Virus record (IMG/VR): IMGVR_UViG_3300023179_000057
Span: 1-64,000 of that record
Length of the DNA stretch: 64,000 nucleotides
Strand: one strand, 5' to 3'
From: a virus
The stretch's first letter is position 1. Each line of letters opens with the position of its first letter. Both the position numbers and the translations under genes were made by a program. Of the stretch, positions 1-8,292 are shown piece after piece. The notes beneath the pieces were generated by a model, which made no database searches, was not told the DNA's origin, and saw nothing but the letters and a program-made list of their open reading frames with translations.

Positions 1-5
1 ACTAA

Positions 6-194
6 ATGAATACAATTAACTTTGATAAGTTAAGAGCACAAGTTGCTCAACATGGCGGAGGTCATCTAGTAGATGAATTACGCAAAGTTCAACAAGAACA
101 ATACAAGCGTGAGGATTTGCCTCTGCTTGAGGCTTTAGGATTTGCTAACACTTTCCTAACTGCTCAATACAATTTAGATGAGGAGGTTAAATAA
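6..194 (+). CDS. Hypothetical protein
   Basis: 62-aa ORF, co-directional with the next small ORFs. Confidence 0.6.
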   Translation: MNTINFDKLRAQVAQHGGGHLVDELRKVQQEQYKREDLPLLEALGFANTFLTAQYNLDEEVK

Positions 195-196
195 TT

Positions 197-343
197 ATGG
201 AATTCTACGCAGGATTAGAATACGTTTCTCTATACATTAACAATCTATACCCAAATGGTGTAGCAATAGAAATCCCTACATGGTTGCTAGTTGGTACTAT
301 TGGATTAATTTATTCTATTAAACTAATGAGAAAAGATAAATAG
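197..343 (+). CDS. Small membrane protein (48 aa, not in ORF track)
   Basis: GGAGG RBS at 182-186; MEFYAGLEY...TWLLVGTIGLIYSIKLMRKDK with one hydrophobic segment. Confidence 0.6.
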   Translation: MEFYAGLEYVSLYINNLYPNGVAIEIPTWLLVGTIGLIYSIKLMRKDK

Positions 344-444
344 TGGCTGAGTATTCTGCTGAGCAACTAAGACGCAAAGCCCACCTAGAAAATGGTGGGA
401 CACTTGCTAACTATGATAGGACACACTACACAGAGTCAGAGTAG
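343..444 (+). CDS. Small hypothetical protein (33 aa, GTG start)
   Basis: Start overlaps previous stop (TAGTG); ends at a terminator-like hairpin. Confidence 0.45.
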   Translation: MAEYSAEQLRRKAHLENGGTLANYDRTHYTESE

Positions 445-478
445 TGTGCTCACTATTTTTTTTATTTTTTATTTTTTT
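441..478 (+). terminator. Putative intrinsic terminator
   Basis: TAGTG-tgct-CACTA stem followed by long T tracts, at convergence with speD. Confidence 0.5.
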
Positions 479-535
479 AAATCCATATCGTACATCTCAG
501 AAAAATATTCAGATTTTTGTAAAATGAAAATTTTT

Positions 536-925
536 TCAGATTTTAGGATAATGACCGCTATCTTCTAGAACAAATCCTTTTTCTCTGTCAAATAAATTAT
601 ATTCCATAGAAATGATATTAAAGTTTTCGCCCAATGCCAATAATACTTGTGGAAGATTCAATTCTCCGCAGGTATATAAATCAAACTGCATTAATCCTGG
701 ATCTTCTTCATCCCATATATGAAATGCTATATGGCTAGTCTCAATCATTACAATAGCCGTAAGTCCACGATTGCCTGGTTTGTCAACGTAAGAGGCAAAA
801 GGTCCTTTAATAATCTTCATGTCAATACGATCAACTAATTTTTCTAAGAAAGCCATTGCTTGGCCTTCAGTCTTCATAGGTTTTTCAACTCTGGCGTTGA
901 TTAATAAGTGTTTGTGAAATATCAT
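536..925 (-). CDS. speD: S-adenosylmethionine decarboxylase proenzyme family (pyruvoyl-dependent)
   Basis: HLL N-terminus, GLTAIVMIETSHIAFHIW and DLYTCG motifs; likely start MIFHK at 925 behind a GGGGG RBS. Confidence 0.85.
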   Translation of the reverse strand: MIFHKHLLINARVEKPMKTEGQAMAFLEKLVDRIDMKIIKGPFASYVDKPGNRGLTAIVMIETSHIAFHIWDEEDPGLMQFDLYTCGELNLPQVLLALGENFNIISMEYNLFDREKGFVLEDSGHYPKI

Positions 926-1047
926 ACTACCCCCATCTATATTTATAGTATACACTATTTGATAAAATTCTTCAAGTATGGTAAAATAAATATATGTACG
1001 CATTAGGACTAGAAATTCGCAGGGATCGTAGAGAAAAAAAATACTCT

Positions 1048-1134
1048 ATGAGATCTTGTTATCATTGTGGTAAAGTTATTTGGGTTGAAAAAAATAATCT
1101 AAGAACTGATAACTACTGCTCAGAATGTGAATAG
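1048..1134 (+). CDS. 28-aa CxxC...CxxC zinc-ribbon microprotein
   Basis: MRSCYHCGKVIWVEKNNLRTDNYCSECE. Confidence 0.5.
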   Translation: MRSCYHCGKVIWVEKNNLRTDNYCSECE

Positions 1135-1136
1135 TT

Positions 1137-1274
1137 ATGTCATTCTTAGAAAATTTTGAAGAGTCCCTATTTCCAGAAGAAGCAGGTAACGGAGAAATTA
1201 TCCAAGACGAACTTCCTCTTGAAGTAGAACAACGTTTAAGCCTTGAGCAAATTGAGCGGTATAACGAAAGACTA
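1137..1274 (+). CDS. 45-aa acidic microprotein
   Basis: MSFLENFEESLFPEEAGNGEIIQDELPLEVEQRLSLEQIERYNED; 2 nt after previous stop. Confidence 0.5.
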
Positions 1275-1289
1275 AAATATATGGAGGAA

Positions 1290-1451
1290 TATGGAATCTA
1301 GTTATCCTGAACCATGGCACAGACATACTCCAAAAGGCATGAGTATCGTAACCACAACAACTAAATCTAAAAAATGTTGTGATACCTGTGAATGTGATAC
1401 AACTCCAGATTTTAATAAACTTATGGAGACTCAAATTTCTTTTGAAGAATA
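1290..1451 (+). CDS. 53-aa Cys-cluster microprotein
   Basis: GGAGG RBS; contains CCDTCEC. Confidence 0.55.
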
Positions 1452-1452
1452 A

Positions 1453-2196
1453 CTAAAAACTATAAGGCTCTTCATCAATTAAATTTTTCTTTATTTCTGT
1501 AAGAATTTTTTCTCTTAATCCAGTTTGTTTAAATTTATTATATCTTGAAAAAAGTGATTGTCCTCTTCCAAATAAAGAAGTAGTCCCAATACAAGCATTA
1601 GAATAATTATTTAATATTTTAGAATGATTAAATCTATAAAGATTAATTTTTTTATCAGTTTTAAAATCAACATAGTATAATGGTTCATTTTCTTTTATAT
1701 TAAACTCACCACTATTTGTCCACATTTGAACTTCAAAATTATATGGCCTATACCATTTACCTATATTAAATTCACCTGGAATACAAGAACCGTATTTTAT
1801 ATGTTCTGGTTTATGAAAATATGGTGGTGTAAAAAAAACATCTAAGGGTTCTTCTGAAAATAAAAATATACTATTAAAAAAATGATATATTGGACCAACA
1901 TTAATAGATTTATCTCTTGTTTTAGAAACACCAAGATAATTTTTACTTATAGGAATAATTGTGTTTGAATCATAAGTATAAGAACTTGAAATAGAGTTTT
2001 TAAATATTAAAATTTTTTTAAATTTATTTGATACTGCTGGACAAGTTAAAAAATGATCACTATTTTTTTCTTTTATTTGATTTAATTCTGAAAACAAAGA
2101 TATTGGTTTTTGATATAAAAATGACCAATCGCTTTCCTCGTTATTAAAATTTGCTGACCAGTATACATTAATTGAATTTTTATTTTTTTCTTTCAT
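1453..2196 (-). CDS. Hypothetical protein, DUF6065/dUTPase-fold-like; paralog of 2402-3115
   Basis: TCPAV near N-terminus, PPYFH, PGEFNIGKW, IKENEPL; likely leaderless start 6 nt after TATAAT. Confidence 0.6.
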   Translation of the reverse strand: MKEKNKNSINVYWSANFNNEESDWSFLYQKPISLFSELNQIKEKNSDHFLTCPAVSNKFKKILIFKNSISSSYTYDSNTIIPISKNYLGVSKTRDKSINVGPIYHFFNSIFLFSEEPLDVFFTPPYFHKPEHIKYGSCIPGEFNIGKWYRPYNFEVQMWTNSGEFNIKENEPLYYVDFKTDKKINLYRFNHSKILNNYSNACIGTTSLFGRGQSLFSRYNKFKQTGLREKILTEIKKNLIDEEPYSF

Positions 2197-2211
2197 AAAA
2201 TTCATTATATC

Positions 2212-2409
2212 TCACCACTTACCAATTGGACAATAAGCCTTTTCTAATTGCGTCTTCATACTCATAAAACATCCACATTTTTTACATCGTTGAGTTAATG
2301 GTTTGAACCAAGGACACTCATGACAAATATCTAATCTCTGCCTAACCAACTCCTCTGAAACCCTAGGGGATCCATTTATCATATCCCAAGGTTTAACTTT
2401 TTTAGACAT
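2212..2409 (-). CDS. Small Cys-rich metal-binding protein (DUF6171-like)
   Basis: RLDICHECP...CKKCGCF...K...CPIGKW. Confidence 0.7.
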   Translation of the reverse strand: MSKKVKPWDMINGSPRVSEELVRQRLDICHECPWFKPLTQRCKKCGCFMSMKTQLEKAYCPIGKW

Positions 2410-3115
2410 GGCTATCTCTTTTTCTTTGCATTTTTCTATATGATCTATTTGGTTTAAATTCTCCATCATAAATTAAATTATGTTTTTTAAATATTTTTTC
2501 ATCTTCTTTTGTTTGATATCTAATTTCATTTTTTATTTTATTTGATCTTTTAAATGGAATATATAAAACAAATGGTTCTCCCTTTTTTATAATTACATCT
2601 TTTCCATTTCCATGATATAAAACTTGTTGATTAATTATAGGATGTATATCTGTATCTGTTACACCAGGCAGCACCGACCATTCTTGATTAAAATGATAAA
2701 ACAGTGGTAATTGCAAAACAGACCATCCTGGAGGTGTAATAATTTTCCAAGGAGAGTTTGCTTTAAAAACAAATTGAGATTCTATTCCATTAAAACTTGT
2801 TTTTGTATAATCTAATAATTGAGAAGGTGCATGTATATCCCAAGAAAAATCTTTTAGTGCTGAATTCCAACTCCAAGCACCAATTTCTTTTTCATATTTT
2901 AAAGAAACGTCACACCACATAGGAATAATATATCCTTGAGAAAAGTAGTCTGGAAAAGATGGACAGGCCTTGACACTAAGAGAATTTGTATTTGGTATAT
3001 TTTTAAACCATTCTGGTATAAAATGTTTAGCAGGTCTTGGCAAACACTCTTCAATAGTTTCCAAACCCTCAACAGTACTAATAAACTGTATCTTATCGGA
3101 TTTCTTAAAAATCAT
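2402..3115 (-). CDS. Hypothetical protein, DUF6065/dUTPase-fold-like
   Basis: KACPSF.D...GYIIP, PWKIITPPGWS, PGVTDTD, IKKGEPF..YIPFKR. Confidence 0.65.
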   Translation of the reverse strand: MIFKKSDKIQFISTVEGLETIEECLPRPAKHFIPEWFKNIPNTNSLSVKACPSFPDYFSQGYIIPMWCDVSLKYEKEIGAWSWNSALKDFSWDIHAPSQLLDYTKTSFNGIESQFVFKANSPWKIITPPGWSVLQLPLFYHFNQEWSVLPGVTDTDIHPIINQQVLYHGNGKDVIIKKGEPFVLYIPFKRSNKIKNEIRYQTKEDEKIFKKHNLIYDGEFKPNRSYRKMQRKRDSHV

Positions 3116-3708
3116 AATATCTCCAATTTTGTCGGGGAACCAATAAGCGACTCATTAACACTGGTCCATAATTGTGACGACATACTAGTATTAATTCTAG
3201 CAGACATACCTATAGAATCCATAACGTAGTTATATCCACCAGACTTGGTTTCAACCTTATTCCATACATTGCTATCATATATCAAGGTTTGGGCAGGGAA
3301 CACAAATAAATAATAAACCTTCTTCTCATTTTGCGACGGTACAGAAGACCAATCCTGGTCGCTCTTTGCAAGACACACATACCAATCCGCACTATTATCT
3401 ACAACACTGGCTATCATATTATCCAAACCATCATGCTTGCCTAGCCTAGATCCTGAGAAGGTTAGTGTGTTATTTGCATATACGCCTGATTTGATAGAGA
3501 AACTCTCGCCTGACTCTAAAGACATATCCTTGCTGATACTATGGCTTCTATTGGGCTGCCAATCATTTTTATACCCCGCCTCAGTCAGGACAGTAGATAT
3601 AAGTTCTTCTAGAAATTCACTAGTGCAGGGAAGACGATATACGGAGTGATGTATTTTTAATTTTTCTGTCAAACCTTCAACCAGGACTTGTTTAATGATA
3701 TCTAGCAC
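3112..3708 (-). CDS. Hypothetical protein, possibly PD-(D/E)XK nuclease fold
   Basis: E...D-x8-SIKS arrangement; leaderless GTG 6 nt after TATAAT; function weakly supported. Confidence 0.55.
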   Translation of the reverse strand: MLDIIKQVLVEGLTEKLKIHHSVYRLPCTSEFLEELISTVLTEAGYKNDWQPNRSHSISKDMSLESGESFSIKSGVYANNTLTFSGSRLGKHDGLDNMIASVVDNSADWYVCLAKSDQDWSSVPSQNEKKVYYLFVFPAQTLIYDSNVWNKVETKSGGYNYVMDSIGMSARINTSMSSQLWTSVNESLIGSPTKLEIL

Positions 3709-3850
3709 AATCCATTATAACCTATGTCGGGATATTAAGCAAGTATAGATATTCAACATATTGACATTATTAGACTGCTTGCAGTCGTAGTGTGTCGTAT
3801 AGTGGTTTGGTATTCTATTTTCGGCTTAACTAAGTACCCGCCAAAAAAAA

Positions 3851-3859
3851 TGATATACT
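3851..3859 (+). promoter_or_regulatory. Extended -10 promoter TGATATACT, leaderless start
   Basis: ATG at 3866 lies 6 nt downstream with no SD. Confidence 0.6.
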
Positions 3860-3865
3860 CAATAT

Positions 3866-4144
3866 ATGGCAACAGCGCATTCATTAGTCACACTTAGCAA
3901 TTCTACTGCTACTCGCTTGACGCCACCAGGCGCACACGGAGGAATGGATATCACACTCCAAAATGTTAACGCAACTGGATATATTTATATCGGTGGCGAA
4001 GGAGTCACTTCAGGATCTTACGGATTTAGAATTTTGCCAAACCATTCAATCTCTTTTGAACTAGCCTCAAATGATGCTTTATATGCTATCTCATCTGTTG
4101 ACGCTATGAATGTCGCAATGATTCAAATCAGTTTGGAGCCATAA
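3866..4144 (+). CDS. Hypothetical beta-rich (likely virion) protein
   Basis: 92 aa, LQN...YIYIGG..VT..YG..I pattern. Confidence 0.6.
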   Translation: MATAHSLVTLSNSTATRLTPPGAHGGMDITLQNVNATGYIYIGGEGVTSGSYGFRILPNHSISFELASNDALYAISSVDAMNVAMIQISLEP

Positions 4145-4145
4145 T

Positions 4146-4589
4146 ATGGCAAGATTTACACATCCCGCTTTTGGTGATGTCGGTGGCTTAACTACTGAAA
4201 TTCAATCTTACTCGCCGACTTGGTCTGGAACTGGACTTACTTTTACTGGAACACCAGCAACAGGATCATATATTAAAATTGGAAATTGGGTTATGTTGCA
4301 ACTTGATGTAATTTTTACTACTGTAACTAATTTTGGAACTGGACAATATTCGTTAACGCTTCCATTTGCATCAAAATATCATACAGATGTTTACGGCGGA
4401 TCTGCACATGATACTGCACCAACATTAAGACACTATTCATTAAAAGGACATTTGTCTCCATCAAGTTCTGCTATGACGTTGTGGCAACATGCAGGATCTG
4501 GATATGATGAACCAATGGATTTTAATACTCCATTTAATCTTGGTACAGATGATAAATTTCATATGTCGTTTTCTTATATTTGTGAATAA
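4146..4589 (+). CDS. Putative fibre-tip/receptor-binding-type domain protein
   Basis: YSPTW...GSYIKIG..V...LTLPF...FSY pattern typical of fibre C-terminal domains. Confidence 0.55.
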   Translation: MARFTHPAFGDVGGLTTEIQSYSPTWSGTGLTFTGTPATGSYIKIGNWVMLQLDVIFTTVTNFGTGQYSLTLPFASKYHTDVYGGSAHDTAPTLRHYSLKGHLSPSSSAMTLWQHAGSGYDEPMDFNTPFNLGTDDKFHMSFSYICE

Positions 4590-4617
4590 TCTCAAATAGT
4601 GATATAATTTGTTTATT

Positions 4618-4875
4618 ATGACTCCACAAGACTGGGCAGGATTAATTCTTACATCTCTTACAATTATAACAATTGTTGCAGGTGGAATTCGTTGGCTTGT
4701 AAAACATTATTTAAACGAACTTAAGCCGAATTCTGGCTCAAGTCTCAAAGACTCCGTTAATCGCTTGGAAGAAGATCATAAAAGAGTCGCCGACAAAGTG
4801 GATCATTTATACGAGATATTGATTGATTTTATCGCTAATCAAAATTCTAAGAAATCTAAATCTTCTAAATCTTAA
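4618..4875 (+). CDS. Holin-like/lysis-associated membrane protein
   Basis: N-terminal TM helix, ELKPNSGSSLKD.VNRLE coiled coil, basic C-terminus. Confidence 0.55.
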   Translation: MTPQDWAGLILTSLTIITIVAGGIRWLVKHYLNELKPNSGSSLKDSVNRLEEDHKRVADKVDHLYEILIDFIANQNSKKSKSSKS

Positions 4876-5080
4876 TTACTATATATAATATATATTAAAT
4901 ACTTTACTTGCTAGTTATTCTTTTTCTTTATATCTTTTAAGTATACACTTTTATACCCTGGTTTTTTACAATTTATACAAAATTGAATATAACGATTTTA
5001 TAACAATTAATTTTTATTGTCTGGTTTATAACGTTTTGTTATAATATGTCCGATTTATAATAATACAATGTTATAATTTT
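4876..5080. repeat. AT-rich non-coding region with TTATAAC direct and inverted repeats (candidate origin)
   Basis: TATAAC 4988, TTATAAC 4998 and 5026, inverted GTTATAA 5038 and 5070. Confidence 0.45.
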
Positions 5081-5083
5081 TGT

Positions 5084-5138
5084 GCTGGCACCTAGATACT
5101 ACCCCCACCCCACTGCGTCTAGGTGTCCAGTTTTATTT
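5084..5138 (+). ncRNA. Candidate small hairpin RNA with C-rich loop
   Basis: TGTTATAAT at 5069-5077; stem CTGG-CACCTAGA / TCTAGGTG-t-CCAG (5085-5130); loop ACTACCCCCACCCCACTGC; T-tract; next promoter at 5141. Confidence 0.5.
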
Positions 5139-5157
5139 AATGGTATAATCAATTATC

Positions 5158-5559
5158 ATGTGTGCTCCTACAATAGAAAAATATGGCGCATCGCCAGCAA
5201 ACATTCAATGGACCGTAGTCCGTGGAGACAGCGCAACACTAAAAATAGAGTTTTTTGAAGATGACGAAACCACCTACTGGGATACAGACGGTTGGACATT
5301 TTTATCTACAGCCTATGATCCAGCAGGAGATTTTTTTGACGAACTAACCGTAACTGATGAAGCAGGGTATGTAACAATTTCAGTTGCAGCAGATATTACG
5401 GAAAACTGGGGAAGTCAATATAAAACCGTAGTATCAGAATTGCCTTTTGACTTAAAGGTTACAATTCCTGGAGGTAGTGGAGAAGAAGACACAATTTGGA
5501 CACCAGTAGTTGGAACTATATGTGTTCTTGGAAATGTTACTCCTGGAGGAAGTCTATAA
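5158..5559 (+). CDS. BppU-like Ig-fold virion adaptor (paralog 1)
   Basis: VVRGDSATL...FDL...WT..GTI; similar to 6418 and 10046. Confidence 0.6.
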   Translation: MCAPTIEKYGASPANIQWTVVRGDSATLKIEFFEDDETTYWDTDGWTFLSTAYDPAGDFFDELTVTDEAGYVTISVAADITENWGSQYKTVVSELPFDLKVTIPGGSGEEDTIWTPVVGTICVLGNVTPGGSL

Positions 5560-5648
5560 TGCCAGTTGTAAAAGTTTCTACTTCTACACCCGCACTACCT
5601 CCAATTATAAAAATTGGCAAAAAGGTTTTTAAGACAAAAATAAAGTAG
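5559..5648 (+). CDS. 29-aa basic microprotein
   Basis: TAATG coupling; MPVVKVSTSTPALPPIIKIGKKVFKTKIK. Confidence 0.5.
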   Translation: MPVVKVSTSTPALPPIIKIGKKVFKTKIK

Positions 5649-5661
5649 TTAGGATTTTTGC

Positions 5662-6393
5662 ATGGCTAAGAGCATGGAATTTCCTAGCAAGAAAAAAAAA
5701 TATTCAGAAATAATTGAACCCAATACAGTTACAGAATTTATTGCTGTTCCAGGTATGCAAGGTGAAAAAGGCGAACAAGGAATACCAGGACCAAAGGGTG
5801 ATGTTGGACCTCAAGGACCAAAGGGTGATAAAGGAGATCCAGGCCCACAAGGTCCGCAAGGTCAAAAAGGTGAACGTGGAGAGCCTGGCGGTACAGCAGA
5901 AGCCTATGACAGTCCTTCAAAACAATACCCTGGATGGGCATATTATCAAAGCCTAAATATGGAAAAAATAAGGGTAGGTCCAGATAGAGGCAATGATGAT
6001 GGTTGGGTAGATCTTTTTTTAAAGGTAGATAAATCAAACTCAATTGAAACTTATCTACCTAAAAACTCTGTATCTTTTGTAACTGATTCAGCAAGAAAAA
6101 TAAACTATAAAGCCTTTAATGTTGGGGCAAAGGTTGATATAAGATATGAAATAGAGATAGAGACCTACTCAACCAATACAGAGGTTTGGATAAGAACATT
6201 TTGTATAGATGATAATAGTTCTACCGTCGGATATTTAGGAAATTTAAAGTATCGCTATACCTATGATTTATCTTTTTGCCAAACCATATATATCTTAAAC
6301 AACACTATGAAAACTTTTGGTGGTAAACCAGAGATTAGATCAGATAGTGAATGTTCCGTAATTTTAAAAGGTATATATATAGCAGTATCATAA
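5662..6393 (+). CDS. Collagen triple-helix repeat protein
   Basis: 15 consecutive G-X-Y triplets followed by a globular domain. Confidence 0.85.
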   Translation: MAKSMEFPSKKKKYSEIIEPNTVTEFIAVPGMQGEKGEQGIPGPKGDVGPQGPKGDKGDPGPQGPQGQKGERGEPGGTAEAYDSPSKQYPGWAYYQSLNMEKIRVGPDRGNDDGWVDLFLKVDKSNSIETYLPKNSVSFVTDSARKINYKAFNVGAKVDIRYEIEIETYSTNTEVWIRTFCIDDNSSTVGYLGNLKYRYTYDLSFCQTIYILNNTMKTFGGKPEIRSDSECSVILKGIYIAVS

Positions 6394-6417
6394 TGGTATA
6401 ATGTTATAGGAGGAATA

Positions 6418-6768
6418 ATGGCATTTCCAGGAACATATAATTTTAATTACTACCGTGGTGATAGGTATGAATTTGTAATCCGTCCTAAAACTGCAAATGG
6501 TGATGCTTTTGACTTAACAGGATACAATGCAGATTTTTTTGTTGCTAATGCAAGAGGTGAAGGCAAAACTCAGTATGAAATGCAAGCAGTTGTTGATGGA
6601 TCTGCAGATACTGTAACTTGTACAATTTTGCCAGGCGCAGGAGAAGAACTTGTTGCTGGGACATATGTCTATGACGTTCAAATAGATTCTGGAGCAACAC
6701 TAGTTTATACATTGCTTACTGGAACAATAACAGTAACAGATGATATTACTGGAGCAGATGATTCATAA
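6418..6768 (+). CDS. BppU-like virion adaptor (paralog 2)
   Basis: YRGD...DLTGY...YVYDVQI...LLTGTITV; GGAGG RBS. Confidence 0.7.
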   Translation: MAFPGTYNFNYYRGDRYEFVIRPKTANGDAFDLTGYNADFFVANARGEGKTQYEMQAVVDGSADTVTCTILPGAGEELVAGTYVYDVQIDSGATLVYTLLTGTITVTDDITGADDS

Positions 6769-7343
6769 TGGTTGATGTATTACTTAATACAGATGATGTT
6801 GTTGTTTTAGGACCACCAGACTCAATTGATGTTTTAGTTGATATTGGTCCACAGGGAACTCGTGGAAATAAATTTATTGTTGGTTCTGGAGAGCCAAATG
6901 CTCAAACATCAAGTGGAGTGTTATTAGGAACTACATTAATATTAAATGATATATATATTCAAACTGATCCTGGAGCAGATTACGGGTATATGTATCAATA
7001 TGTTTCAGCCCCTGGCGGGAATACTTGGGAAGAAATTTTAGCAGTAAAGCCAGCAATTTACTCTGCGATAGAAACTGTATCATTCACATCTGGTGCAGGA
7101 TCAATAACTATTCCAATATCAAACATAGTGACAGTTAGTGGTTCACCACTTACCGCTTCAAATTTCAATGTTCAATTTCAAATTGAAGGAGCAAATCCAA
7201 TTGCAGCATCAATGGAGATTCCTGCTTTGGCAGGGGCTGGTACAAATTTAGTAATAAATTTTGATGCAGTCCAATATAGCGGTGGTAGTTGGTCAGCACT
7301 TACTGGAAACAAAACGGTACATTTGTTTATATCTATAGTTTGA
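6768..7343 (+). CDS. Virion structural protein
   Basis: Coupled to previous gene; GPQGTRG mini-collagen. Confidence 0.65.
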   Translation: MVDVLLNTDDVVVLGPPDSIDVLVDIGPQGTRGNKFIVGSGEPNAQTSSGVLLGTTLILNDIYIQTDPGADYGYMYQYVSAPGGNTWEEILAVKPAIYSAIETVSFTSGAGSITIPISNIVTVSGSPLTASNFNVQFQIEGANPIAASMEIPALAGAGTNLVINFDAVQYSGGSWSALTGNKTVHLFISIV

Positions 7344-7378
7344 TATAAAAATGGTATAATCTTTAAAGAGGTGACCAA

Positions 7379-7861
7379 ATGGCTGTAGAAAATATAGGAA
7401 ACTTAGTACCAACTAAAATTCCAGCATTAATTGATGATGCTAATATTCAAGATGCTTTAAAGGCATATCATTATGGATCATATGATTTTGATACCGCTGA
7501 AACTGATCCAGCAGAACTTCTAGTTCCTTCAATGGCACACACAATCAATGATTTACAAGAACAGATAGATGACAATGCTACACTTGAAGAAGCAGCAAGA
7601 GATATTTCAAGAGCATCAACCACAGCGCCAACTGCTGCAGCCTTTACAGCATTTTCAGCAACAATTCCAGACGGATATATTTGGTTAGACAAAGACTCAT
7701 CTGCTGGTGTTGGATATTATGCTGCAACTTCTGTTTATACAGCAAGTGCTCCATCAACAAATTTAGCAAATGGACTTATATGGATTGAAAAAGGGTCAAG
7801 TCCATTAACTATGTATGTTTGGAATGCCGATACTTCTAACTGGGATGAAATAGGTGCATAA
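7379..7861 (+). CDS. Virion structural/fibre protein
   Basis: AP...G.IW.D repeats typical of fibre shafts. Confidence 0.65.
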   Translation: MAVENIGNLVPTKIPALIDDANIQDALKAYHYGSYDFDTAETDPAELLVPSMAHTINDLQEQIDDNATLEEAARDISRASTTAPTAAAFTAFSATIPDGYIWLDKDSSAGVGYYAATSVYTASAPSTNLANGLIWIEKGSSPLTMYVWNADTSNWDEIGA

Positions 7862-8292
7862 TGCCAACATCATTTGATTCCGACGGTAAAGCAGCGTATG
7901 TATATAATTTAGCAGATGATACTTGGTATCAAGTTTCTGGTAAAACAGATATTTCTGGAACATTTGAATGGACTGGTTTACATACACATCTATCAACCTT
8001 AACTACAGCAGATCACTTTAATGCTGAAAAAGGTATGAATAATTTTCTTAATCCCGCAGCCAGAGATGCAGCAATTCCATCACCTACTGCTGGCACAATA
8101 TGTTTAATTAGACAAAATTCTGGGGGAACAACAATAAATGAAATACAGATTTATATTGGAGGTAGTTGGACAACAGTCTTACCATCTCCAGTTGGACAAA
8201 CAGGAAAATTTCTAAAAAGTGATGGTACAATATCTACATGGGAGCAGGCACCAGATGTCTTAACCCAGGTAATGTTAATGATGGGAGCGTAA
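7861..8292 (+). CDS. Fibre connector protein
   Basis: ARDAAIPSPTAG, GQTGKFLKSDG..STW; ends MLMMGA. Confidence 0.65.
   Translation: MPTSFDSDGKAAYVYNLADDTWYQVSGKTDISGTFEWTGLHTHLSTLTTADHFNAEKGMNNFLNPAARDAAIPSPTAGTICLIRQNSGGTTINEIQIYIGGSWTTVLPSPVGQTGKFLKSDGTISTWEQAPDVLTQVMLMMGA

Noticed and set aside
3770-3850. tRNA gene (ends in CCA)
   Set aside because: No T-loop GTTCRA or cloverleaf pairing
5101-5113. G-quadruplex on the minus strand of the hairpin loop
   Set aside because: Only two G-runs, insufficient for an intramolecular quadruplex
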